A DNA stretch of 64,000 nucleotides. Source: Eledone cirrhosa (taxonomy: Eukaryota). The notes under the pieces are model-generated. The model worked only from the letters and a program-made list of their open reading frames with translations, was not told the origin of the DNA and did not search any database. The stretch lies in NCBI GenBank assembly GCA_964016885.1, contig OZ024743.1, forward strand, positions 251,224,001 to 251,288,000, written 5' to 3'. Shown here piece after piece: positions 25,634-40,162 of this stretch (position 1 is its first letter; the number at the start of each line of letters is the position of its first letter). Both the position numbers and the translations under genes were made by a program.

Positions 25634-25895
25634 GTATGTATTCTTTTATTGTTTTACTGGTTTCTGTTATTAGACAGCATTAATTCTGAGGCACTGCTAT
25701 GATGGGATTTAGTCAATCATATTACCACAGTACTTATATTTTCAAGGCACTTAATCTCATCATTCTCCTTTTTTGTTGAACTGCTAAGATATAAGGTATA
25801 AAGACATATATGGAAACATTGATGCAAACTCACTCTCCCCCATATATATATATACACACACATACCCATACTCTCTCTCTCTATATATATATATC

Positions 25896-26185
25896 TAAAA
25901 GACTAAAGTATGTCTTGAGCCAGAAGGCTCATTTGGCCGGTGCTTATCCCGGTTCATGGCGTGAAGCGACTGAGAGTACAAGACTCCCCCTGGACAGGAC
26001 GCCAGTCCATCGCAGGGTTAAACCTCCAGCTATTGCTGGTACTCATTTTCAGCTGAGTAAACTGGAGCAACGTGAAATAAAATGTCTTGCTCAAGGAAAC
26101 AACACATCACGTGGTTCGAAAATTGAACTCACAGCCTTTCGATTGCAAGCCTACTGCTCTAACCACTAAGCCATGCGCCTTCACA
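25896..26185 (-). mobile_element. tRNA-derived SINE with Meta-like central domain
   Basis: Reverse complement: gcatggcttagtggttagagc head; aaccctgcgatggactggcgtcctgtccaggggg domain. Confidence 0.75.
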
Positions 26186-26936
26186 CATGTATATATATAC
26201 TCCCTATGTTATCCTACCCACCCCATCCCATAGGATAGAGGGAGCTCTTCAGTTGTGCCAATGACTGATAACCTCCCTTGTGCTGGTGCTATGATAAAAT
26301 GTATTCAGTATGAATTGTAAAGTGACAGGAATGTCATTCAGCTGCAGAAACCATGTCAAAAATGGTTGAGAAGACTCTTTAATGTTTCAAGCGTACTGCA
26401 ACCTCTCTAAAGTTGGTGGCACAGCAAATTGCGCTTGGTACAATCTATAAAGTAGTTGGTGATATGAAGGGCATCCAGTCATAGAAAACTTGCCAAACAA
26501 AGGGTAAAGTGGACTCTTCAATTGTGTGAAAGACATGATGATCTCCCTTGTGTTGTTGCTGTGGTTGTATGTAATTTCTCACTCTCTAGCGCGAGCCGCA
26601 TGCAGCCCGTTTGGCTTTCTGAATGGCATGCCTAATTTCAAAATTGCCTTGAATTTTTAGTAGTGTGGCCTACCTTATAATGAGCCACATCTTATGCAGC
26701 CCACTGCTTGACAAAGGTTTCCTGCTCTAGAATGTAGGAACATATGTAAGAGAGCTTGCTCCTAGCCCATCTGAGAGAGAGAATTCAGTGGCTCCAGTAA
26801 AGCACTAACTTGTTAGAAAGGAAAATAGGTGTTGAATAATGATGAGCATTAGGCATATACACGTTGTATGGTGAGATTGAACCTAGAATCATATGGGGGT
26901 GAAGTGAACTTCTCAATCAGACAACCATACTTGTGC

Positions 26937-27015
<79 letters not shown>

Positions 27016-27874
27016 TCTGAATTTGTGCTAGCTTAATATAAGCTGCTAAACGCAAGTTTTAATTAGTCAAATTATTGTAACGGCTTACAATAAGCTAACA
27101 TAATTTCATAATTTAAATCACCTCAATGTTTTGTAAAATAATTGATGTATATATATATATTTATTCACTCTATGGTTATCTTTATACTAACGTGTATGCA
27201 CACACACACACATATATATAACTTGTATTGAATTTACTTTGGATTTTTGTCATTTGATCTCTATATTTGTTATTATTTAGTGTGCAGGCAAAATGTTTTA
27301 CAGCTCATAGTTACAACCCTTTACGCTGTGAGTTCAAATCCCACCAGTAATGCATTGCAGTCAATTTAATCAACTTTTCCCTCTCCCAAAATGTTTGGCT
27401 TGTGCCTAAATCAGAAACTATTAGTATTATTATCATATACTGTGTGTGTGTGTGTATATATGCCTGGGACGGTTGACAGGGTCACTGATGAAGGACTTAC
27501 TTTTTCATATGCACCACCATTTGCAACACGCAGCCATCATTATTATCATATTTACACATAATTTTTCTTCTGCTGCTACCCGTCAGTTTCGTTCTTTGTA
27601 CCGTTTACCCTTTCTCGTTCTTTGTACCTTTTACCCTTTCTAGCAGTCTCTCTCTCTGTTAGCCTCCTCCTCAACTTTCACTCACTCATTCTCTGTCACT
27701 ACCTCGCCTCCTCCTCTTTCCTCCTCCTCTTTCCTCCTCCTCCTTCAAGTTTGACCTGTGTGTAATTCTTTTCTCGCGCGTTCCTGGTCAAGCTGGTATG
27801 GAATTTTTTTCTCTCTCTCTCTTTCGTCTGCGACTTCACAAAACTTATGTTTACCGAATTCGTAGACCAGACCC

Positions 27875-27920
27875 CTTCTTCTTCTTCTTCTTCTTCTTCT
27901 TCTTCTTCTTCTTCTTCTTC
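27875..27920. repeat. (TTC)n microsatellite
   Basis: Direct. Confidence 0.95.
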
Positions 27921-28107
27921 TTTTTCTTCCCCCCATCAGACTTGTGCGAAATTCCTTCCTTGCTCACATTTCAACCAGGTGTGATGGTCTTTTGTCTCTT
28001 GTTCACGATTTCACCGAGTTTATATTCATAGAGATCTGGAACTTGTCTATTTCTTCTCAATTTCCGTTGCTTAAACCTTTTTGTTTATTACCCTAACGTC
28101 CCCTTTA

Positions 28108-31100
28108 TCTAACGAGGTTGTAGAATTGCTTGAACGTAAGAAGGTTGATGTTTGCTGTATCCAAGAGACCAGGTGGAGGGGCGGGTCTGCTAGATTCATT
28201 GTGGGTAAAAAACGTTGCTATAAGCTTTTCTGGGTGGGAAATGACAATGGGATAGGTAGGGTAGGAATCATGTTAGCAGAAAAATGGGTGGATAAGATAA
28301 TAGATGTAAATAGAGTGAATGACAGAATAATTAAAATAAGACTTGTTCTAAACAGAACTACTGTGACAGTGATATCTGCATACGCGCCCCAATCCGGACT
28401 GCCTGGCGCTATAAAAGACAGATTCTATGAGACACTGATGCTCACTACCTCCCAAATAACCAACAGTGACTATATAATTATTGCTGGCAACCTAAATGGC
28501 CACGTTGGACAACATTGTGACGGCTATGACGGAATCCACGGAGGCTATGGGTTTGGTACTAGAAACGAGGAAGGCTCCAGAATCCTGGAATTCTGTGATG
28601 CAAATAACTTAATTATCTGTAACACTAACTTCAAAAAACGTGACAATCACTTGATCACCTATAGATCAGGGGAACATACCAGCCAGGTAGATTATATCCT
28701 TACCTCATGAAGAACGCACCTCCCAACAGAGACTGATAATTAGCGACCTCATAGTCAGGACGAGACGTACTAGACAGCAGAAGAGGACTATCCTCAGGAG
28801 AAAAATATGGAAGCTAAAGGATCCCACAGCCAGAAATAAATTTCAAAGCATATTACTTGATGCTTTCGACAGTAAGGAAGAGCAATTAGAGTCATACAAT
28901 GTAGAGGAACAGTGGGAATTCCTGAAAGCAAACCTGCTGATGGCGGCAGATGAAGTCTGTGGCTGGAGCAGGCCTGTAGGCAGGAGGAGAGTAACATGGT
29001 GGTGGAACAGTAAGGTGGAGGGGTCAATCAAGGCCAAAAAGCAGGCTTGGAAAGCATGGCGGGATGGGGGAAGTAGAGAAGACTATCAAGTGGCCAGGAG
29101 GGAAGCTAGGAGACAAGTGTACTTCGCAAGAAGGGAAGCAGAGGAAAGAAAGTTCAAGCATGTTCTACAACGCGATGACCAAAAACGTGAGGTGCTCAGG
29201 ATTGCTAGGCAATGTGTCAAGGAAAACCGTGATATTGTCGGGGAGAAGTGTGTACTTAACGATGATGGCGTACTTGCCATCACTGACGCTGATAAGAAGG
29301 TAGCTTGGAAGTCTCACTACGAAAGGCTACTAAATGAGGAGAATAAATGGGAGAAAGACAGTCTCCCCCACATCGACCCAATAGAGGGACTAGCAGTGTT
29401 AGTCGAAGGTAGTATAATAAGTAAGGCAATCAAAGATATGAAGACGGGTAAGGTGGCTGGGCCTTCGGAAATAGTTGCTGAGATGCTGAAAGCCTCTGGA
29501 ACGGTGGGACACACCATGGTCACCCGGATAGTAAACCAAGTCATACAGAATGGGGTTGTTCCGAAGGACTGGCGTAGCAGCATCATCGTTAACTGTTACA
29601 AGGGTAAAGGAGACGCCCTAGATAGGAGTAACTATAGAGGCATTAAATTAATCGACCAGGTCATGAAGGTCACGGGAAAAGTAATAGCGCAACTAATCAG
29701 AGAGAGAATTGATCTAGATGAAATGCAGTTCGGGTTTGTGTCAGGCAAAAGTACCACAGACGCACTCTTCATTGTACGACAACTACAGGAGAAGTACCTA
29801 GCTAAAAGTAAACGACTATATTTAGCTTTTGTCGACTTGGAGAAAGCCTTCGACAGATTCCCCCGTTCCATTATCTGGTGGGCTCTTAGAAAACTAGGTG
29901 TTGACGAATGGCTTGTGAGAGCTATACAAGCCATGTATAAAGAAACAGTCAGCAAGATTAGAATTAATAACGAATATAGTGAAGAGTTTAGCGTAAAAGT
30001 TGGTGTCCATCAGGGCTCTGTTCTCAGCCCCCTACTATTTATTATTGCCCTTCAGGCTATAACAGAGGAGTTCAAGACCGGCTGCCCATGGGAACTCCTA
30101 TACGCAGATGATCTAACGCTCATAGCTGAATCAATGGCCGAGCTAGAGAAGAAATTCCAAACATGGAAGCACGGCCTAGAATCAAAAGGCCTTAAAATTA
30201 ACCTGGCTAAGACTAAAGTTCTAGTTTGTAGGAAAGAAAATAAGGTGCCGGTCCCTTCCGGGAAATGGCCATGCTCGGTGTGTAGGAAAGGCGTAGGTAG
30301 AAACTCCATTTTATGTCCTAAATGCAAAGTATGAGTGCATAAAAGATGTAGTGGGATCACAGATAAGCTAACTAAGAACATAGATTTTACATGTGGCCGG
30401 TGCTCTGGTGCAATAAGTAGCAGCAAGTGCCCACAAAATACTAGCTCTTTCAATTGCGGAGAGGGTTCTATAGAAATAGTGGACAGCTTCCGTTACCTGG
30501 GTGACAAAATCAGCAGTGGGGGAGGGTGCTCTAAAAGTACAGTAGCTAGAGTCAGAACTGGATGGAAAAAGTTCAGAGAGCTTATACCACTATTAGCCGC
30601 TAAAGGGTTCTCCCTAAAAATGAAAGGCAGGTTGTACGATGCCTGCATACGGACAGCAATGTTGCATGGCAGTGAGACCTGGGCATTGTGTGAAGAGGAT
30701 ATACGCAGACTAGAGAGGAACGAAGCTTGCATGCTCCGCTGGATGTGTAATAGTAATATACGTGAACGGCAAAGCATAAACGAACTAAGGAAAAAATTAG
30801 AAATAAGAGGGATCAAATGTTGTTTACTCGAGAGAAGGCTACGTTGGTATGGTCATGTGATGCGCATGAAAGACGACAGCTGTATAACAAAGTGCAGGGC
30901 AATAAAGATAGACGGTAGCCACGGAGTAGGCAGACCCAGAAAAACCTGGGACGAGCTGATAAATTCCGACCTCACACACTTTCACCTCTCCAAGACAATG
31001 TCACTGGACCGAGACCTTTGGCAGTATTCAGTAATAGAGAAGACCCGCCTTACCTAAATACAAAGTAAAACCTACTACAGTCAGTAGGCATCTCTAACAA

Positions 31101-31449
31101 AATACACCCCCGTCCCACCACCCCCACCCCATCCACACCACCCCTTTCAATATAAAGTTATGTTGGTGCCACAACATGCAGGCCGAAACAAATGAGATCA
31201 TGTAGGTGTCACGACAAAAAAACACACAGTCCACGCTGTAATGTGGCCGTGTAGGCAACACGGTAAAAACCTCCCAGCCCCACATTGTAAATGTGGTTGG
31301 TGTTAGGAAGGGCATCCAGCTGTAGAAAACCCGCCAGACAGTCCTATGCGAGCAATGACAACCACTCTTGCCTCAAGTGGGAAAACTCCCGTCCAAACCC
31401 ATGCAAGCGTGGAACATGGACGTTAAACGATGATGATGATGATGATGAT
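28108..31449 (+). mobile_element. RTE-clade LINE family A, copy 1: APE endonuclease + RT, nearly full length but disrupted
   Basis: APE motifs (CCIQETRW, SAYAPQ, GNLNGHVG, SQVDYIL); RT motifs (DLEKAFD, QGSVLSP, YADD, FRYLG); net 44-nt deletion near 28706 relative to copy 2; TGA for TGG at 30332; (GAT)n tail. Confidence 0.95.
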
Positions 31450-31522
31450 ATATATTGTTATACTTTGGGAGGGTCACGCTGCCAAACAAAAAATCTTACA
31501 AAACAAATACAAAAATGAAGTA

Positions 31523-32328
<806 letters not shown>

Positions 32329-32366
32329 AATATTCTGTATGAAAATATTCTGTATGTAATATTCTG

Positions 32367-35300
32367 TCTAGCTGTGTCATTCTCGATAAAAGCACTGGAT
32401 ATGTAGTCCTGATGATTTCTAACAAGAATGAAACGCGTAGATTACTTCCCTTGCTTTTATCGAGAATCTAATTGTAATACGTGACGTATTCTATTCTATA
32501 GCGATTAGGTCTTCAAAATGTTTATTATAAACATACAGAATATTTTCGAATATTCTATGTCTATATTCACATATATATCGCTATTTCAGAGCATTTATTC
32601 CAATTTCTAATTTCTGCCGGACCGGCAACCGCTCTTTCAAACCAGTTCCTGTACACAGCTAAGTATTCTATAAGTCTCTAGCTGTGTCATTCTCGATAAA
32701 AGCACTGGATATGTAGTCCTGATGATTTCTAACAAGAATGAAACGCGTAGATTACTTCCCTTGCTTTTATCGAGAATCTAATTGTAATACGTGACGTATT
32801 CTATTCTATAGCGATTAGGTCTTCAAAATGTTTATTATAAACATACAGAATATTTTCGAATATTCTATGTCTATATTCACATATATATCGCTATTTCAGA
32901 GCATTTATTCCAATTTCTAATTTCTGCCGGACCGGCAACCGCTCTTTCAAACCAGTTCCTGTACACAGCTAAGTATTCTATAAGTCTCTAGCTGTGTCAT
33001 TCTCGATAAAAGCACTGGATATGTAGTCCTGATGATTTCTAACAAGAATGAAACGCGTAGATTACTTCCCTTGCTTTTATCGAGAATCTAATTGTAATAC
33101 GTGACGTATTCTATTCTATAGCGATTAGGTCTTCAAAATGTTTATTATAAACATACAGAATATTTTCGAATATTCTATGTCTATATTCACATATATATCG
33201 CTATTTCAGAGCATTTATTCCAATTTCTAATTTCTGCCGGACCGGCAACCGCTCTTTCAAACCAGTTCCTGTACACAGCTAAGTATTCTATAAGTCTCTA
33301 GCTGTGTCATTCTCGATAAAAGCACTGGATATGTAGTCCTGATGATTTCTAACAAGAATGAAACGCGTAGATTACTTCCCTTGCTTTTATCGAGAATCTA
33401 ATTGTAATACGTGACGTATTCTATTCTATAGCGATTAGGTCTTCAAAATGTTTATTATAAACATACAGAATATTTTCGAATATTCTATGTCTATATTCAC
33501 ATATATATCGCTATTTCAGAGCATTTATTCCAATTTCTAATTTCTGCCGGACCGGCAACCGCTCTTTCAAACCAGTTCCTGTACACAGCTAAGTATTCTA
33601 TAAGTCTCTAGCTGTGTCATTCTCGATAAAAGCACTGGATATGTAGTCCTGATGATTTCTAACAAGAATGAAACGCGTAGATTACTTCCCTTGCTTTTAT
33701 CGAGAATCTAATTGTAATACGTGACGTATTCTATTCTATAGCGATTAGGTCTTCAAAATGTTTATTATAAACATACAGAATATTTTCGAATATTCTATGT
33801 CTATATTCACATATATATCGCTATTTCAGAGCATTTATTCCAATTTCTAATTTCTGCCGGACCGGCAACCGCTCTTTCAAACCAGTTCCTGTACACAGCT
33901 AAGTATTCTATAAGTCTCTAGCTGTGTCATTCTCGATAAAAGCACTGGATATGTAGTCCTGATGATTTCTAACAAGAATGAAACGCGTAGATTACTTCCC
34001 TTGCTTTTATCGAGAATCTAATTGTAATACGTGACGTATTCTATTCTATAGCGATTAGGTCTTCAAAATGTTTATTATAAACATACAGAATATTTTCGAA
34101 TATTCTATGTCTATATTCACATATATATCGCTATTTCAGAGCATTTATTCCAATTTCTAATTTCTGCCGGACCGGCAACCGCTCTTTCAAACCAGTTCCT
34201 GTACACAGCTAAGTATTCTATAAGTCTCTAGCTGTGTCATTCTCGATAAAAGCACTGGATATGTAGTCCTGATGATTTCTAACAAGAATGAAACGCGTAG
34301 ATTACTTCCCTTGCTTTTATCGAGAATCTAATTGTAATACGTGACGTATTCTATTCTATAGCGATTAGGTCTTCAAAATGTTTATTATAAACATACAGAA
34401 TATTTTCGAATATTCTATGTCTATATTCACATATATATCGCTATTTCAGAGCATTTATTCCAATTTCTAATTTCTGCCGGACCGGCAACCGCTCTTTCAA
34501 ACCAGTTCCTGTACACAGCTAAGTATTCTATAAGTCTCTAGCTGTGTCATTCTCGATAAAAGCACTGGATATGTAGTCCTGATGATTTCTAACAAGAATG
34601 AAACGCGTAGATTACTTCCCTTGCTTTTATCGAGAATCTAATTGTAATACGTGACGTATTCTATTCTATAGCGATTAGGTCTTCAAAATGTTTATTATAA
34701 ACATACAGAATATTTTCGAATATTCTATGTCTATATTCACATATATATCGCTATTTCAGAGCATTTATTCCAATTTCTAATTTCTGCCGGACCGGCAACC
34801 GCTCTTTCAAACCAGTTCCTGTACACAGCTAAGTATTCTATAAGTCTCTAGCTGTGTCATTCTCGATAAAAGCACTGGATATGTAGTCCTGATGATTTCT
34901 AACAAGAATGAAACGCGTAGATTACTTCCCTTGCTTTTATCGAGAATCTAATTGTAATACGTGACGTATTCTATTCTATAGCGATTAGGTCTTCAAAATG
35001 TTTATTATAAACATACAGAATATTTTCGAATATTCTATGTCTATATTCACATATATATCGCTATTTCAGAGCATTTATTCCAATTTCTAATTTCTGCCGG
35101 ACCGGCAACCGCTCTTTCAAACCAGTTCCTGTACACAGCTAAGTATTCTATAAGTCTCTAGCTGTGTCATTCTCGATAAAAGCACTGGATATGTAGTCCT
35201 GATGATTTCTAACAAGAATGAAACGCGTAGATTACTTCCCTTGCTTTTATCGAGAATCTAATTGTAATACGTGACGTATTCTATTCTATAGCGATTAGGT

Positions 35301-36944
35301 CTTCAAAATGTTTATTATAAACATACAGAATATTTTCGAATATTCTATGTCTATATTCACATATATATCGCTATTTCAGAGCATTTATTCCAATTTCTAA
35401 TTTCTGCCGGACCGGCAACCGCTCTTTCAAACCAGTTCCTGTACACAGCTAAGTATTCTATAAGTCTCTAGCTGTGTCATTCTCGATAAAAGCACTGGAT
35501 ATGTAGTCCTGATGATTTCTAACAAGAATGAAACGCGTAGATTACTTCCCTTGCTTTTATCGAGAATCTAATTGTAATACGTGACGTATTCTATTCTATA
35601 GCGATTAGGTCTTCAAAATGTTTATTATAAACATACAGAATATTTTCGAATATTCTATGTCTATATTCACATATATATCGCTATTTCAGAGCATTTATTC
35701 CAATTTCTAATTTCTGCCGGACCGGCAACCGCTCTTTCAAACCAGTTCCTGTACACAGCTAAGTATTCTATAAGTCTCTAGCTGTGTCATTCTCGATAAA
35801 AGCACTGGATATGTAGTCCTGATGATTTCTAACAAGAATGAAACGCGTAGATTACTTCCCTTGCTTTTATCGAGAATCTAATTGTAATACGTGACGTATT
35901 CTATTCTATAGCGATTAGGTCTTCAAAATGTTTATTATAAACATACAGAATATTTTCGAATATTCTATGTCTATATTCACATATATATCGCTATTTCAGA
36001 GCATTTATTCCAATTTCTAATTTCTGCCGGACCGGCAACCGCTCTTTCAAACCAGTTCCTGTACACAGCTAAGTATTCTATAAGTCTCTAGCTGTGTCAT
36101 TCTCGATAAAAGCACTGGATATGTAGTCCTGATGATTTCTAACAAGAATGAAACGCGTAGATTACTTCCCTTGCTTTTATCGAGAATCTAATTGTAATAC
36201 GTGACGTATTCTATTCTATAGCGATTAGGTCTTCAAAATGTTTATTATAAACATACAGAATATTTTCGAATATTCTATGTCTATATTCACATATATATCG
36301 CTATTTCAGAGCATTTATTCCAATTTCTAATTTCTGCCGGACCGGCAACCGCTCTTTCAAACCAGTTCCTGTACACAGCTAAGTATTCTATAAGTCTCTA
36401 GCTGTGTCATTCTCGATAAAAGCACTGGATATGTAGTCCTGATGATTTCTAACAAGAATGAAACGCGTAGATTACTTCCCTTGCTTTTATCGAGAATCTA
36501 ATTGTAATACGTGACGTATTCTATTCTATAGCGATTAGGTCTTCAAAATGTTTATTATAAACATACAGAATATTTTCGAATATTCTATGTCTATATTCAC
36601 ATATATATCGCTATTTCAGAGCATTTATTCCAATTTCTAATTGCTGCCGGACCGGCAACCGCTCTTTCAAACCAGTTCCTGTACACAGCTAAGTATTCTA
36701 TAAGTCTCTAGCTGTGTCATTCTCGATAAAAGCACTGGATATGTAGTCCTGATGATTTCTAACAAGAATGAAACGCGTAGATTACTTCCCTTGCTTTTAT
36801 CGAGAATCTAATTGTAATACGTGACGTATTCTATTCTATAGCGATTAGGTCTTCAAAATGTTTATTATAAACATACAGAATATTTTCGAATATTCTATGT
36901 CTATATTCACATATATATCGCTATTTCAGAGCATTTATTCCAAT
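32367..36944 (+). mobile_element. 310-bp tandem array (~14.8 units), one type I HHR per unit: non-LTR retrozyme-like multimer
   Basis: Exact 310-bp period; the only variant noticed is T>G at 36643; ends in (TA)n; HHR at 32403+310n for n=0-14. Confidence 0.9.
32403..32445 (+). ncRNA. Type I hammerhead ribozyme (first of 15 copies), predicted cleavage after GUA at 32439
   Basis: gtagtc-CTGATGA-t-ttct-aaca-agaa-t-GAAAC-GC-GTA-gattac; palindromic stem III ACGCGT; flanked by a perfect 16-bp IR attctcgataaaagca/tgcttttatcgagaat. Confidence 0.85.
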
Positions 36945-37253
36945 ATATATATATATATATATATAAAACAAATAACGAAACGAAATTAAATTTCGTTTCG
37001 CTTTTAACTCACTTTTGTATGACTGACGCTTAAACAATTAAGTTAAAGTGTACATCTACATATGTATACGGAAGTATTAGTATGCATATAAATACACACA
37101 TGTATACATATGTACATGTACTCAGCTTTTCACTAGACACTTTACAGTGAGTGTCAGCTAGTCTGTATGTAACCACACAGGCGGACCGGGTTTTAGAGTC
37201 ATACGAGTTTTCAAGGAAACACATTTCCTCTATTCTCCAGAGGGCCAGACAGG

Positions 37254-37298
37254 AATATTGGACTAGTTTCGATGTTATTACATCTCATCAGCAATATT
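37254..37298 (-). ncRNA. Type I hammerhead ribozyme, GUC cleavage
   Basis: Reverse complement aatattg-CTGATGA-gatgt-aata-acatc-GAAAC-TA-GTC-caatatt. Confidence 0.9.
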
Positions 37299-37797
37299 TA
37301 CCCATCTTCCGGCTTCTCTGGAGAATTGTAAAAGCACATATCGTTATATGCTTTTTCTATGAAAATTAGTAGTGGGTAGACTAATTTGCATAGAACGTGA
37401 GTCATTGTACGCACCGGTTCAGCGGAAACGATAAAAACAAATAACGAAACGAAATTAAATTTCGTTTCGCTTCTAACTCACTTTTGTATGACTGACGCTT
37501 AAACAATTAAGTTAAAGTGTACATCTACATATGTATACGGAAGTATTAGTATGCATATAAATACACACATGTATACATATGTACATGTACTCAGCTTTTC
37601 ACTAGACACTTTACAGTGAGTGTCAGCTAGTCTGTATGTAACCACACAGGCGGACCGGGTTTTAGAGTCATACGAGTTTTCAAGGAAACAATGACTCACG
37701 TTCTATGCAAATTAGTCTACCCACTACTAATTTTTATAGAAAAAGCATATAACGATATGTGCTTTTACAATTCTCCAGAGAAGCCGGAAGATGGGTA

Positions 37798-37842
37798 AAT
37801 ATTGCTGATGAGATGTAATAACATCGAAACTAGTCCAAAATT
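37798..37842 (+). ncRNA. Type I hammerhead ribozyme (one stem I mismatch)
   Basis: aatattg-CTGATGA-gatgtaataacatc-GAAACTAGTC-caaaatt. Confidence 0.85.
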
Positions 37843-38258
37843 CCTGTCTGGCCCTCTGGAGAATAGAGGAAATGTGTTTCCTTGAAAACTCGTATGACTC
37901 TAAAACCTGGTCCGCCTGTGTGGTTACATACAGACTAGCTGACACTCACTGTAAAGTGTCTAGTGAAAAGCTGAGTACATGTATATATGTGTGTATTTAT
38001 ATGCATACTAATACTTCCGTATACATATGTAGATGTACACTTTAACTTAATTGTTTAAGCGTCAGTCATACAAAAGTGAGTTAGAAGCGAAATGAAATTT
38101 AATTTCGTTTCGTTATTTGTTTTTATCGTTTCCGCTGAACCGGTGCGTACAATGACTCACGTTCTATGCAAATTAGTCTACCCACTACTAATTTTCATAG
38201 AAAAAGCATATAACGATATGTGCTTTTACAATTCTCCAGAGAAGCCGGAAGATGGGTA

Positions 38259-38303
38259 AATATTGCTGATGAGATGTAATAACATCGAAACTAGTCCAAT
38301 ATT
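38259..38303 (+). ncRNA. Type I hammerhead ribozyme with canonical core, cleavage after GUC at 38296
   Basis: 7-bp stem I, 5-bp stem II with G-C closing pair, palindromic stem III ACTAGT; distal ttctccagag/ctctggagaa extends stem I. Confidence 0.9.
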
Positions 38304-38515
38304 CCTGTCTGGCCCTCTGGAGAATAGAGGAAATGTGTTTCCTTGAAAACTCGTATGACTCTAAAACCCGGTCCGCCTGTGTGGTTACATACAGACTAGC
38401 TGACACTCACTGTAAAGTGTCTAGTGAAAAGCTGAGTACATGTACATATGTATACATGTGTGTATTTATATGCATACTAATACTTCCGTATACATATGTA
38501 GATGTACACTTTAAC

Positions 38516-38570
<55 letters not shown>

Positions 38571-38573
<3 letters not shown>

Positions 38574-39006
38574 AAAGTTATATTTAAATTGTTGGGTTAC
38601 AACGAGTAAATATTTATAACTGATATAAAAGCACTCAACAAGTATTTGGAGTATATATATCTCTATCTATTTCCTCTCTCTATATACCTCTCTCTGTTTC
38701 TTTACATGAAGTTCTTCTCTTTATCTATCTTTCTATCTCTCTCTATTTAGTTGCATGCATTTCTTCTTTTTCTTCGTTTTTCTTTCTTTCTTTCTCTTTA
38801 CAACTGTCCATAATATTTTTACTGCCAAATCAACTTTTCAAATGCAAGTCGATGTTGAAAGGTATGTCGAATCTATTTATTTATAAGACTGTCTATATTG
38901 TATTTTGTCTGAAGAAGGCATAACATATTGTTAATATGATATCCCTGAAATATATATAATGAAATAAATATGGTTTTATAAATATAATTTCCATTTATTT
39001 AATATC

Positions 39007-39007
<1 letters not shown>
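38571..39007 (+). mobile_element. Family H1 element with HHR at 38901-38966
   Basis: tattttgt-CTGAAGA-aggcataacatatt-gtt-aatatgatatccct-GAAA-tatatATA-atgaaata; homologous to 121-406; (TA)n on both sides. Confidence 0.75.
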
Positions 39008-39064
<57 letters not shown>

Positions 39065-39599
39065 TAATCTATATAGCTCAGTGTGTCGTCATGCTCCTTC
39101 CTTATAGAAATCTACGATATAGAATTTCTTCAATTGGAATTTACAATTCAGTATTCGAAATAGTTTCGATTGCGTCTTGGCACATCTCATTTTTTCAATT
39201 TCACCCACAATTACTAAAAAAATAGATAAAACTCAATATTTTACGATTTTTCTCTGTCATTTAAACTGCTAAACTCTTTCCACTACCATTCAAAATCTAT
39301 ACAACTTCATACTTTCTGCTACATTCTCTTTCCAAGCTTGATGGTGATACTGTCCGTATTACTCTGTCATATCATCTGCCTACCTCTATCTACAACCCAC
39401 ACATTTTGCTACTTTCTCTTTTATACTTCAAATTATTACATTTCATACGAAACGACAATTATTCAAAAGCAACAGATACATTTATTCAACAACAAGCGAT
39501 AAATCTTTTTTAAAACCTCTTTTCCAAACGCATACAAACACACACTCACTTCAACAACAACAACAACGATCTGCCTTTTATAGATAATGATAAACAATA

Positions 39600-39876
39600 A
39601 TATCCTCTATGAGGTCACTAAACCTGCTAGAAACAGCAGCTAACTCTCCCCCATACCACACCCCTCCCTACTGTTTAAATTTAGAAAACATATCTTCTAT
39701 GAGGTCACTAAACCTGCTAGAAACAGCAGCTAACTCTCCTCCATATCACACCACTCCCTACTGTCTTAAATTTAGAAAACACATATCCTCTATGAGGTCA
39801 CTAAACCTGCTAGAAACAACAGCTAACTCTCCCTCATATCACAACCCTCCCTACTGTCTTTAATTTAGAAAACACA
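39600..39876. repeat. ~90-bp tandem triplication
   Basis: tctatgaggtcactaaacctgctagaaacagcagctaactctcc occurs three times. Confidence 0.9.
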
Positions 39877-40134
39877 CAGACAACCATGCAGAACAACTCC
39901 ATCCCAGCTCTGTTGTTCGGCTGGCATCGTCTATGCGCGTGTTGCGCAAGTACTGTGAAACAATAAATTTCAACACTTTTTTGCACAGAGATAATATCCA
40001 TAGGCGAAACTACAATTGTCAATGCTGGCGAAGCTCCTGCTTCCAGGTCTGCAATTCATTCACCCAGTGCCTGGCAGACAAAAACGTGCTGCCATAAAAT
40101 GGGTGGTGCAACCTAACTTTGGTAACTTAATGAC

Positions 40135-40162
40135 CCCGAGCAACGCCGGGCTTTAATGCTAG
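40135..40162 (+). mobile_element. Helitron-type 3' terminus
   Basis: GC-rich hairpin cccgagc-aac-gccggg, 8 nt, then CTAG followed by T. Confidence 0.65.

Larger units (their letters stand above)
36965..38521. mobile_element. 469-bp HHR repeat: ~1.5 units on - then ~1.8 units on +, between (TA)n tracts
   Basis: Period 469 in the left arm and 461 in the right (8-nt deletion); inversion junction ~37688-37690 with ACA microhomology. Confidence 0.9.

Noticed and set aside
26584-26731. Possible hAT-like MITE (gagccgcatgcagccc repeats)
   Set aside because: No convincing TIR pair or 8-bp target duplication visible
27462-27545. CTGATGA in a repeat shared with ~22745-22830 (-)
   Set aside because: No downstream GAAA, stem III or stem I partner; not a hammerhead
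28794-30816. Antisense ORFs over the RTE copies (also 49.8-52.2 kb)
   Set aside because: Shadow frames of the LINE ORF with no independent signal
37151-38587. Repeated 64-84-aa ORFs in the 469-bp unit
   Set aside because: Short, mostly non-ATG starts, no motif; they recur only because the DNA is repeated
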